From NCBI GenBank assembly GCA_043815805.1, contig JBDRIN010000004.1, positions 1-32,000 of the forward strand: a DNA stretch of 32,000 nucleotides, written 5' to 3'. Source of the DNA: an archaeon. Lineage in GTDB: Archaea; Nanobdellota; Nanobdellia; Woesearchaeales; JBDRIN01. Below are positions 14,900 through 22,267 of the stretch, piece after piece. Position 1 is the first letter of the stretch, and each line of letters starts with the position of its first letter. Under the pieces are notes generated by a model. The model was given only the letters and a program-made list of their open reading frames with translations. It had not been told where the DNA came from and searched no databases. The position numbers and the translations under genes were made by a program.

Positions 14900-15595
14900 A
14901 TGATAGAAGAAATTTCACCATCGGAACTCGTGGAAGCATTGGCAAAAGAGATGCCCAAATTAGTTCAAAAACCGGAATGGGCAGACTTTGTCAAGACCGG
15001 AGTGCACAAAGAAAGGCCGCCAACCAAAGAAGACTGGTGGTATATACGGACAGCTGCTGTCCTAAGGACAGTCTATGTCAAAGGCCCGATCGGTGTCTCT
15101 AAGCTCAGGACCAAGTACGGCGGAAAAAAGAACCGAGGTGTAAAACCAGAGCGCTTCAAGAGAGGAAGCGGCAAGATTCTAAGGACAGTCCTTCAACAGC
15201 TAGAAGCGGCTGGTCTCATAAAACAAGGCAAGGTAGGCGTGCATAAAGGCAGGATGCTGACTGCTAAAGGAAAAAAATTGATGAAAAGCGCAGCAGAGAA
15301 CCTGTATAAGACTAAGCCGAAGCCAGCGCCTGAACCAACGCCTAAGCCTGCACCGGCAGCAACACCGGCGAAGCCGGCAAAAGAGCCGCAGCCCAAGGCT
15401 CCAGAACCAAAGAAAGAGGCAAAAGCAGAAGTGAAGGCTGAAAAGAAAACAGAAGAGAAGAAACCCGAAGTCAAAGAAGAGAAAAAACATGAAGTGAAGA
15501 AAGAAGAACCTAAGAAGGAACCTGAAACAAAGCCAAAAGAAGAAGGCAAGGTCGCTGCAGCAGAAACCCCTGCTGAAACTAAAGATAAGAAGTGA
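14900..15595 (+). CDS. rps19e: Ribosomal protein eS19 with ~95-aa K/P/E/A-rich C-terminal extension
   Basis: eS19 blocks are PEWADFVKTGVHKERPP, DWWYIRTAAVLR, GGKKNRG and ILRTVLQQLE. The tail starts around KPKPAPEP. Confidence 0.9.
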   Translation: MIEEISPSELVEALAKEMPKLVQKPEWADFVKTGVHKERPPTKEDWWYIRTAAVLRTVYVKGPIGVSKLRTKYGGKKNRGVKPERFKRGSGKILRTVLQQLEAAGLIKQGKVGVHKGRMLTAKGKKLMKSAAENLYKTKPKPAPEPTPKPAPAATPAKPAKEPQPKAPEPKKEAKAEVKAEKKTEEKKPEVKEEKKHEVKKEEPKKEPETKPKEEGKVAAAETPAETKDKK

Positions 15596-15600
15596 TGATC

Positions 15601-15774
15601 ATGGCAAGATATAAGCATAAAAGCAAGAAGAAAAGGCTCACCAAGAAATTAAGACAAACCCGCTGGGCGCCTTTTTGGACGGTCCCAAAAATATATGGTC
15701 CTGGCAGACGCGTACATCCCGGCAGACACACAAGAGTGAAGAGAAGCTGGAGAAGGACCAAGATGAAGGCTTAA
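15601..15774 (+). CDS. rpl39e: Ribosomal protein eL39
   Basis: The sequence MARYKHKSKKKRLTKKLRQTRWAPFWTV... is typical of eL39. The track start (GTG 15592) overlaps the rps19e stop, so I prefer ATG 15601. Confidence 0.85.
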   Translation: MARYKHKSKKKRLTKKLRQTRWAPFWTVPKIYGPGRRVHPGRHTRVKRSWRRTKMKA

Positions 15775-15775
15775 A

Positions 15776-16447
15776 ATGGCAGATAAAAAGACTGAGAAGA
15801 CAGAAGAGAGAACCTACAATGTCCCTCTGAGAAGGGGCTATGTTAACAGTGCCAGGCATAAGAGGACCAAGAAAGCAGTCTCTATCCTCAGGAACTTCGT
15901 GAAGAAGCACATGAAAGTAGACGAAGTGAAGCTAGGTCAGAACCTTAATCTGGAGCTATGGAAGCATGGCATAAAGAATCCTCCTCATCATGTCAAGATA
16001 ACAGTCACCAAAGAAGACGGCGTTGCTAAGGCAGAGCTTGTGGGCTTTGATTATAAAGAAGAGAAGAGGCCTGAGAAAAAGGTCGAAGAGCAGACCAGTC
16101 TCAAAGATAAGTTGGCTGCAAAGCTAGGCGTGAAAGAAGAAGACGCAGAAGAGGAGAAACCTAAGAAAGCAAAGAAGGCTGGAGAAAAGCCAGCAGAAAC
16201 AGAAAAGAAGGAAGCGCCTAAATCAGAAGAGAAGAAAGAAGCGCTCAGAAACCAGAAGGTTTCTGGCGTGTTAGAAACGGAAAGCGTTTCAAACACTCCT
16301 GCGCCAGCAGCAAAAGAGCCACCTAAAGCTCCTGAACCTAAGGAAGAAGAGAAGAAACCTGAAGTGAAAGAAAAACCGGCTGAAAAAGAAGCTGAGAAAA
16401 AAGATAATCCTAAACCTGAATCTAAGCCGAAAGAAGATAAAAAATAA
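15776..16447 (+). CDS. rpl31e: Ribosomal protein eL31 with ~130-aa K/E/P-rich C-terminal extension
   Basis: The core is ERTYNVPLRR...RHKRTKKAVSILRNFVKKHM...VKLGQNLNLELWKHGIKNPP. It lies immediately after rpl39e, as in many archaea. Confidence 0.85.
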   Translation: MADKKTEKTEERTYNVPLRRGYVNSARHKRTKKAVSILRNFVKKHMKVDEVKLGQNLNLELWKHGIKNPPHHVKITVTKEDGVAKAELVGFDYKEEKRPEKKVEEQTSLKDKLAAKLGVKEEDAEEEKPKKAKKAGEKPAETEKKEAPKSEEKKEALRNQKVSGVLETESVSNTPAPAAKEPPKAPEPKEEEKKPEVKEKPAEKEAEKKDNPKPESKPKEDKK

Positions 16448-16451
16448 TCAT

Positions 16452-16763
16452 TCACTTTTTCTTATTTAATTCTTCATTTACCTTTTTCAAGGCAGAGTCC
16501 AAAGCTACAAAGAGATTCCTATCAGTCACTTCTGATACAAAAGGCTTTCCTTCTTTCATCACCTTGGCATGCAATTCATATTTCTGGTTCTTAGGAGTCT
16601 TATGGACCTCTTTAAGGGTCAAAGACAACTGCTCAAAGCCTTCATGGGTGTCAGAAAACCGCCTAGCATAGTTACCGACAATCTTCTTGATCACTATCAT
16701 CTCTGCATAGTCTAGGGGTTTAAAACCTACCAATACTATGTTTCCGCCTAACTCTATAGTCAT
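16452..16763 (-). CDS. HPF/RaiA (S30AE, sigma-54 modulation protein)-like ribosome-associated protein
   Basis: 103 aa. The C-terminal half LHAKVMKEGKPFVSEVTDRNLFVALDSALKKVNEELNKKK follows the HPF/YfiA pattern (...a...D.Y.AID...dKLerQLnK.K). GGGGGTGA SD lies upstream. The assignment is by eye only. Confidence 0.5.
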   Translation of the reverse strand: MTIELGGNIVLVGFKPLDYAEMIVIKKIVGNYARRFSDTHEGFEQLSLTLKEVHKTPKNQKYELHAKVMKEGKPFVSEVTDRNLFVALDSALKKVNEELNKKK

Positions 16764-16834
16764 TCACTTCACCCCCTAACAAAGAGCACTAATGCACCAT
16801 GATTTTTAAATTTTGTGATATAATAATGATAACC

Positions 16835-16842
16835 TTTATAAA
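16835..16842 (+). promoter_or_regulatory. TATA box (TTTATAAA) upstream of rpl15e
   Basis: GATAACC-TTTATAAA-TAGG lies about 90 nt upstream of ATG 16933, which has a GGAGG SD. Confidence 0.45.
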
Positions 16843-16932
16843 TAGGCCTTTTCTTCTGAGAATAGAGGAATGTGGGCTTTGCTCGCCTGAACCTCAAAAA
16901 TACATCAAATAAACAAATGGAGGCTAATAAAA

Positions 16933-17502
16933 ATGGGTTATCTAAAATATGTTCGTGAGGCTTGGAAAAAGCCCAAAGAAAATATAAAAGCTAATCAGAG
17001 GGCTAGACTGATCCAATGGAGGCAAGAGCCTGTCACAGTAAGGATGGAAAACTCCACAAGGCCAGACAGGGCACGTTCTTTAGGATATAAGGCTAAGCAA
17101 GGCTTTATCATAGTAAGGCAGCGTGTAGCCCGCGGCAAGAGACAGAGAGAGAAGTTCAGCAGCGGAAGACGGCCAGCACATATGAGGCGAAAAAAAGTAG
17201 TGGCAAAGAACTATCAACAGATAGCAGAAGAAAGGGCCAACAAGAAATACGTGAACTGCGAAGTCCTGAACAGCTATCCTGTCGGAGAAGACGGTAGAAG
17301 CAAATGGTTCGAGATCATACTTGTCGACAGGGCACATCCGCAGATACTCGCTGATAAGAGGATAAACTGGATCATCGTCAAGAGAGGCAGGGCATATAGA
17401 GGCTTGACGTCTGCTGCCAAAAAATCCCGCGGCTTGAGAAAGAAAGGGACTGGTGCAGAGAAGATAAGGCCAAGTCTCAGAGCTAGGGGAAGAAGGCACT
17501 GA
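16933..17502 (+). CDS. rpl15e: Ribosomal protein eL15
   Basis: Blocks are MGYLKYVREAWKKP, RLIQWRQEP, RPDRARSLGYKAKQGF and RGGRR-like basic blocks. Confidence 0.9.
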   Translation: MGYLKYVREAWKKPKENIKANQRARLIQWRQEPVTVRMENSTRPDRARSLGYKAKQGFIIVRQRVARGKRQREKFSSGRRPAHMRRKKVVAKNYQQIAEERANKKYVNCEVLNSYPVGEDGRSKWFEIILVDRAHPQILADKRINWIIVKRGRAYRGLTSAAKKSRGLRKKGTGAEKIRPSLRARGRRH

Positions 17503-17556
17503 TTTTTCTTTTTTTAATATCTTTAATTTATATACCTATAGAAATAAGTCTAAAAA

Positions 17557-18114
17557 CTAATGCAATACAAAGACGTTGTGCTTCTCGCCGCCCTTCAGCT
17601 CTTCGATTATCCTCTTGGTTATGACCTTGACAGGGTCAGGCATCAATTTCACTCTTTTCTTGACGTCACTGAAGTTCTTAAAAGGCTCTGCTCTTCTCTC
17701 TTCTATGATCTCCCACATGTGTTTCTTGCCGACTCCAGGAAGAAGCTCTATGACATGCATCCTAGTGCTCAATGGCTGGCTCTTGTTGAAGAATTCTACA
17801 AAGTAAGGCTCGTTCTTCTTGACAAGCTCTGTTATGACCGGCTCCAGCTCTGACTTGGCTGTCTGAGTAAGTCTTGCGACATCTATCTTGCCGTTGATAT
17901 GATGTATCTTGTCCCTCTTAGCATCACCGATATAGACCTCTTCATAAGGCTGCAAAAAAATCCCTTTCTTTGGGACTAATTCTAAGAGGGTGAAATGGTT
18001 CTTTCCTATAGCTTGCACTATCGGAGTCTTGATAGCTTTTTGATTGGTATCAAAAGGATAGCCGTTCGGCAAGAAATCTAGCACTATAGCTTCTTCTTCC
18101 TTTTCATGATGCAT
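17557..18114 (-). CDS. DUF655/COG1491-like predicted nucleic-acid-binding protein (OB-fold plus helix-hairpin-helix)
   Basis: The start EEAIVLDFLPNGYP and the HhH-like motif ELLPGVGKKHMWEIIEER are present. It sits directly downstream of rpoF, the conserved archaeal L21e-RpoF-DUF655 neighbourhood. Confidence 0.6.
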   Translation of the reverse strand: MHHEKEEEAIVLDFLPNGYPFDTNQKAIKTPIVQAIGKNHFTLLELVPKKGIFLQPYEEVYIGDAKRDKIHHINGKIDVARLTQTAKSELEPVITELVKKNEPYFVEFFNKSQPLSTRMHVIELLPGVGKKHMWEIIEERRAEPFKNFSDVKKRVKLMPDPVKVITKRIIEELKGGEKHNVFVLH

Positions 18115-18184
18115 CGTTTTATACCCCCTCCTTGAAAAGAATAATGACCTAGTAATTTATAAATTTTGCGTTAAAATCAGCGTT

Positions 18185-18541
18185 TTAACGCTTTTTAGGC
18201 AGATAATTCTTCAAAGCCGCCATGATCTTCTTCAAATTATCTCCTGTTATAGTAAGGGTATAGCCTTGTAGAATAAGCTTCAACTCAGATTCGGTCCTCG
18301 GAAGGATATCTATAATCTTATGGATCATGTTATCCTTTAATCTTGGAATATTGAGTTTCTCCATTTTCTCGACGAGCTCCTTAGCTTCCTTTGCTTTCAG
18401 GTCAGCGAACTGGTTTAGGTATTCCTCTGTCTTGTTGCCTCGAAAGCTCAGCTCAGAATCTCGCTTCTTAATCCTCTTGAGCTCTTCCTTAAGCTCAATC
18501 ATGTTTATAGGTTCTTTGGAAAGTATCTCTGGTTTTGACAT
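18185..18541 (-). CDS. rpoF: DNA-directed RNA polymerase subunit Rpo4/F
   Basis: 118 aa, helical and K/E-rich (ELKEELKRIKKRD...EYLNQF...LPRTESELKLIL). It lies between rpl21e and the DUF655-like gene, as in other archaea. Confidence 0.7.
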   Translation of the reverse strand: MSKPEILSKEPINMIELKEELKRIKKRDSELSFRGNKTEEYLNQFADLKAKEAKELVEKMEKLNIPRLKDNMIHKIIDILPRTESELKLILQGYTLTITGDNLKKIMAALKNYLPKKR

Positions 18542-18553
18542 ATTCTCATCCTC

Positions 18554-18844
18554 TTATTTCTTTCTTAGATGAACCGGGTGCACGATGGTTGTCTTCTCTT
18601 TTTTGCCATCTTTTATGGTCACTTCATAGCAGAATCCTCTCTGCTTCGCGATGGTGCCTGTCTTGCCATGGAAAGCTCTGAAATAGATCCCTTTCTGATA
18701 AGCAGGCTCTGCTTTCAAGACTACTTTGTCTCCTACCTTGAACTCCTGCAGGAAGTTCCTCAGCTTTATCTTTCTCCTTTCATGTAAGGATTTCTTCATC
18801 TTCTGACGAGTCTTCTTCCTTGCACCGCCGATTCTTTTAGTCAT
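18554..18844 (-). CDS. rpl21e: Ribosomal protein eL21
   Basis: Blocks are GGARKKTR...F.VGDKVVLKAEPAYQKG..FRAFHGKTGTI..Q.G..Y.V....GKKEKTTIVHPVHL. Confidence 0.85.
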   Translation of the reverse strand: MTKRIGGARKKTRQKMKKSLHERRKIKLRNFLQEFKVGDKVVLKAEPAYQKGIYFRAFHGKTGTIAKQRGFCYEVTIKDGKKEKTTIVHPVHLRKK

Positions 18845-18867
18845 AAAGGGAAAAGAATAAGGGAGGG

Positions 18868-18875
18868 TTTATAAA
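18868..18875 (-). promoter_or_regulatory. Palindromic TATA box (TTTATAAA) in the divergent rpl21e / M24-peptidase spacer
   Basis: It lies about 24 nt upstream of the rpl21e ATG (18844), suggesting a leaderless transcript. It may also serve the + strand gene. Confidence 0.45.
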
Positions 18876-18970
18876 GTTAACTGTCGGAATGCCATAAAAT
18901 TTATATAGATTCTTCCAATTCCAGATGTGAGGGTGAGAAGAAACCTTTGGGTTTCTGTGGAGAACAAATC

Positions 18971-20269
18971 ATGACACAAGTGCAACAAGAGAAGATACGG
19001 CTTGCGCAGAACATTCTGGATGATTTAGAGATTCCTATCTGGATGGCATTTTCAGACCACAAAATGGGCCAAGATACTATGAGTATGTTCCTCGGTGGGA
19101 CAAAAGTGCCAGCAATGCTGCTTCTTTCTCCAACCCAAAGAAGGTTGATAGTGCACGACTTGGAAGCAGATAACATCCCCCAAGATGAATGGAAACAGGA
19201 CGAAGTACGAGTTTATCTGGCAAGAAACTATACAGAGGTAATTGCTGAAGCTTTGAAAGAGCTAGGATTCAACAACACTCTGGCCGTAGATTATACAACT
19301 ATGGGAGACGCCTTGGTAGACAGGATAGGTGCTGGAACGAGAGACCGGATTGATGACACGGTAAGAAGCCATTTTCCAGAAGTTGTAGGAGACAGAGATA
19401 TCCGGGATGTTGTTACATCTTCAGAAAGGATACTATACGCGTTATATGATCGGAAGACGCCTGATGAGCTTGTTAAAATGGGAATAGCTGCCAGGCGGGC
19501 TGATGATATACTGAAACAAGCTTTTGGAGAATTAAGACCTGGAATGACAGAGAAAGAAGCCTTTGACCTTGTCAAGAGAATTACGGAAGAAACCAAGGCT
19601 GGATTCCTAGAAGAGAAAGGACTAGAGGATGAAGAATACGCATGGGATGCTGAGAGATGCCCAACCGTGCTGACAGGTCCAAGCTTTGTGAAAGGAGGGC
19701 ATAGCGGAGCATCTGATGAAATCCTACAGCCAGGTAACACAGTCTATTTTGATTTTGGTGTAAAGCTTTATTTTCCTGATGGAACCCATTTCTGCAGTGA
19801 CATCCAAAGGATGGGTTATGTCCTAAGAGATGGCGAGACACAGGCATCAGAAGAAGCACAAATAGTATTCAATGTCTTGTATAGAACCATCAGCCATGGC
19901 ATAGAAGTCATGAAACCAGGAGCAAAAGGCCATGAGATAGATCAGATGGTTAGAGATTTTATCAGAGAAGAGCTGAGAGAACATGGCATCAAGCTTCCAC
20001 CAAAGTTCAAAGATCTTGTCTATAATCATGCTACTGGGCACCCTCTGGGTGAAGAAAGCCATAACCCGGGAGCAAAATTGGGACTATATGATAAAGAGTT
20101 AGGAACACAACATCTGACGATACAACCCCATGGCGTCTACACTATCGAACCAAGAATACCTATAGTGAACGGCGGCTCGATAGAAGAAGACGTTGTCGTC
20201 AATCCAGACAATGACAACTACACCTTATGCCCAAGACAGACAGGATTCTACCTGATTTCTGGGAAATAA
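18971..20269 (+). CDS. M24-family metallopeptidase (Xaa-Pro aminopeptidase / prolidase-like)
   Basis: A pita-bread metal-ligand pattern is visible: YFDFG...CSDIQR, HATGHPLG, YTIEPRI and GGSIEEDVVV. The track start is TTG 18947; I prefer ATG 18971. Confidence 0.75.
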   Translation: MTQVQQEKIRLAQNILDDLEIPIWMAFSDHKMGQDTMSMFLGGTKVPAMLLLSPTQRRLIVHDLEADNIPQDEWKQDEVRVYLARNYTEVIAEALKELGFNNTLAVDYTTMGDALVDRIGAGTRDRIDDTVRSHFPEVVGDRDIRDVVTSSERILYALYDRKTPDELVKMGIAARRADDILKQAFGELRPGMTEKEAFDLVKRITEETKAGFLEEKGLEDEEYAWDAERCPTVLTGPSFVKGGHSGASDEILQPGNTVYFDFGVKLYFPDGTHFCSDIQRMGYVLRDGETQASEEAQIVFNVLYRTISHGIEVMKPGAKGHEIDQMVRDFIREELREHGIKLPPKFKDLVYNHATGHPLGEESHNPGAKLGLYDKELGTQHLTIQPHGVYTIEPRIPIVNGGSIEEDVVVNPDNDNYTLCPRQTGFYLISGK

Positions 20270-20376
20270 AAACATAAACTTTAAATACTAAAATATCTTT
20301 AGCTTTTCCACGGGGATGAAAAAAACAATAATACAAAATTCTGATTTCTTGTTATTAATTAGTTAAAGGCAGAACC

Positions 20377-20481
20377 ATGACAACCGGAGAATTCAACAGC
20401 TCACCAAGATGCCCAAAGTGCAAGGCAAAAGTCTTTTCTGAAGACGTAGTATGCCCTAAGTGCGGGGCAGATTTAGAATAG
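20377..20481 (+). CDS. Very small zinc-ribbon protein (34 aa)
   Basis: Hand-translated as MTTGEFNSSPRCPKCKAKVFSEDVVCPKCGADLE*, with two CPKC pairs. It is too short for the ORF track. Confidence 0.4.
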   Translation: MTTGEFNSSPRCPKCKAKVFSEDVVCPKCGADLE

Positions 20482-20489
20482 AAAACAGT

Positions 20490-21248
20490 TTATTTCTTGG
20501 CTTCTGGCTTCTTGGCACCTTCAGCAGGCTTAGCTTTACCAGCTGCTGGTGCTACTTCTGCAGGTAACAATTTAGTTATCAAAGATTCAGGTATGCCGGA
20601 TTCTGTAAGCTTGGTCTTGATAGCAGATCTCTCTTTGCCTTCCATGCTCTTTATTATTGAATTGGCAGTCGCCTCTAGCTCTGCATGTTTCTCTGCCAGG
20701 TCTGCCTGCATCTTCTTCTTCTCTTCTTCAAGCTCCTTCTGCTCTTGTGCAGAGATCTCGGTCTTCTCTTCTTTTATCTCTTTGTCGAACTTGCCTTCAG
20801 CCACTAATTTGAGAGCTTCAACCGCAGGCTTGCCTTCTACTTTGACGCCCATGGAATTGCATGTCCCGATTATCTCGCGGACCTTTTCTTTCAAGGTCTT
20901 GCCTAGCAAAGAATCTTCCTTCATCTTCGCTATCTTGATTATCTGCTCGATGACAAGGTCTGCCACGTGCTCTTCCTGAGGCCTTCCAGAACCCTTGTCG
21001 ATCTTGGCTTCTTTCTTTATCAAAGAGGCTGCTGGAGGCGTACCTATCTCTATTGAGAATTCTTTAGTATCTGTATCTATGATGACTTTTACAGGGACCT
21101 GCATGCCTTTGAAGGCTTCTGTTTTTTTATTTATTTCTGCTATAACCTTACTTATATTGACTCCTTTTGGACCTAAAGCAGGTCCTAGTGGCGGTGCTGC
21201 ACTAGCTTTTCCGCCTGCAATCAACGCATCAACTGTTTCTTTTGCCAT
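20490..21248 (-). CDS. rpl11: Ribosomal protein uL11 with ~95-aa C-terminal extension
   Basis: MAKETVDALIAGGKASAAPPLGPALGPKGVNI...VPVKV is canonical uL11. The core ends near ...AEGKFDKEI. It is followed by a coiled-coil/K-A-P-rich tail. The track start (21290) lies inside an upstream hairpin, so I prefer ATG 21248, about 24 nt below the TATA box. Confidence 0.9.
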   Translation of the reverse strand: MAKETVDALIAGGKASAAPPLGPALGPKGVNISKVIAEINKKTEAFKGMQVPVKVIIDTDTKEFSIEIGTPPAASLIKKEAKIDKGSGRPQEEHVADLVIEQIIKIAKMKEDSLLGKTLKEKVREIIGTCNSMGVKVEGKPAVEALKLVAEGKFDKEIKEEKTEISAQEQKELEEEKKKMQADLAEKHAELEATANSIIKSMEGKERSAIKTKLTESGIPESLITKLLPAEVAPAAGKAKPAEGAKKPEAKK

Positions 21249-21269
21249 CTTTTTAGAAATTATGAGCCC

Positions 21270-21277
21270 TTTATAAA
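21270..21277 (-). promoter_or_regulatory. TATA box (TTTATAAA) for rpl11
   Basis: It directly abuts the 21279-21302 hairpin and lies about 24 nt upstream of ATG 21248. Confidence 0.5.
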
Positions 21278-21278
21278 G

Positions 21279-21327
21279 CTTTTCCCTCATCAGAGGGAAA
21301 AGTTGCGAATGGTAATGAGCTAAGTTT
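21279..21327 (-). repeat. Copy 1 of a hairpin plus 25-nt conserved tail element (spt5-rpl11 spacer)
   Basis: CTTTTCCCTC-ATCA-GAGGGAAAAG forms a 10-bp stem. It is followed by TTGCGAATGGTAATGAGCTAAGTTT. Compare with 24224-24270. Confidence 0.6.
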
Positions 21328-21340
21328 TGCTTATAAAACC

Positions 21341-22087
21341 TTAATTCTCCTCGTCAGAATCCCTTCTTATGACCTTCACAGAGTCCAACTTGACTGTTAT
21401 AGGGATAGGGACAGCTGCTTCCAAGAGCTCAACCACAACTTCCTCCTTAATCTTATCCACTCTTGTGATCTTGGCCTTCTCTCTCTTGAAAGGCCCTGAG
21501 ATTATCTCTGCGATGTCTCCTTTCTGGATATTGACGTCTTTCTTGACCTGTTCGAGCATGTGCTCTATCTCTTTGTATTCTATCTCATTTGGCAATATGC
21601 CTCTAGCATAAGGTATTCCATATGCTGCTTGTTCAGCATCTGTCCTGTTAGGGGCCTCTATGAAGATATAACCTCTCATTCCATGAGGTCTAATGACAGA
21701 AAAAATCTCTATACCTTTTCTCTCTGCATTGCTCGACACGAACGTCATGACTTGGTCTTCACGATTAGCAGTCGTCCTCAAAGCAAAAATCCTTGTCTCG
21801 GGCATCGGACCTTCTGCAACCGGCTCTGGCTCCTCTTTCTTTTCAGGGCCAAGGACAGTGACAGTTGGTTCTCTTTTGGTCTTAGAAAGGTCAGGCGGGG
21901 CTGCTGTTCCAGCGCTTGGCGCTGCAGTGACCACAGACTCCTTTTCAACAGATTCTGGTTCTTCCTTTTTCTTAGGCAGTTTGGTCTCTGGAAGTTCACC
22001 TTTGGCTTCTAGCTCTGTATCTTCATTTAGCCATTTTTCGACTTCATCAGAAACATCTTCCTTCTTTTCTTGTTTTTCTTCTGCCAT
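21341..22087 (-). CDS. spt5: Transcription elongation factor Spt5 (NusG homologue) with ~95-aa K/E/P-rich N-terminal extension
   Basis: The NGN region is RIFALRTTANREDQV... and the KOW motif is GDIAEIISGPFKREKAKITRVD. It has the conserved secE-spt5-rpl11 neighbourhood. Confidence 0.8.
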   Translation of the reverse strand: MAEEKQEKKEDVSDEVEKWLNEDTELEAKGELPETKLPKKKEEPESVEKESVVTAAPSAGTAAPPDLSKTKREPTVTVLGPEKKEEPEPVAEGPMPETRIFALRTTANREDQVMTFVSSNAERKGIEIFSVIRPHGMRGYIFIEAPNRTDAEQAAYGIPYARGILPNEIEYKEIEHMLEQVKKDVNIQKGDIAEIISGPFKREKAKITRVDKIKEEVVVELLEAAVPIPITVKLDSVKVIRRDSDEEN

Positions 22088-22098
22088 AACTCACCCCT

Positions 22099-22266
22099 TT
22101 ATTGAAAAACCAACTGGTTTATTATTATAATTATGAAGCCTATTATACCTATTACCAAGATGCCTATACCCGACACCTTGACGATGGTCTTGTATTCCTC
22201 TTTTGTAGGCTTCTTGGTAACCTGGAATACTCTTTTACATTCTATAATGAATTCTTTCAGTGGCAT
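22099..22266 (-). CDS. secE: Protein translocase subunit SecE / Sec61-gamma (55 aa)
   Basis: Hand-translated codon by codon as MPLKEFIIECKRVFQVTKKPTKEEYKTIVKVSGIGILVIGIIGFIIIIINQLVFQ*. It has a single C-terminal TM. It starts 1 nt after the ftsZ stop and ends 11 nt before spt5. It is not in the ORF track because it is under 60 aa. Confidence 0.7.
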   Translation of the reverse strand: MPLKEFIIECKRVFQVTKKPTKEEYKTIVKVSGIGILVIGIIGFIIIIINQLVFQ

Positions 22267-22267
22267 T

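Noticed and set aside
20312-20344. Possible C/D-box sRNA (GGATGA ... CTGA)
   Set aside because: The C box lacks the first UGA of RUGAUGA. The boxes are only ~20 nt apart and no C'/D' pair or terminal stem is present.
15193-22130. Antisense ORFs opposite the K/E-rich tails (15193-15618, 15200-15490, 16051-16455, 20497-20979, 21693-22130)
   Set aside because: GAA/AAG/AAA-rich sense codons give TTC/CTT/TTT on the complement, which contains no stop codons. The products are Phe/Ser/Leu low-complexity strings and are shadow ORFs.
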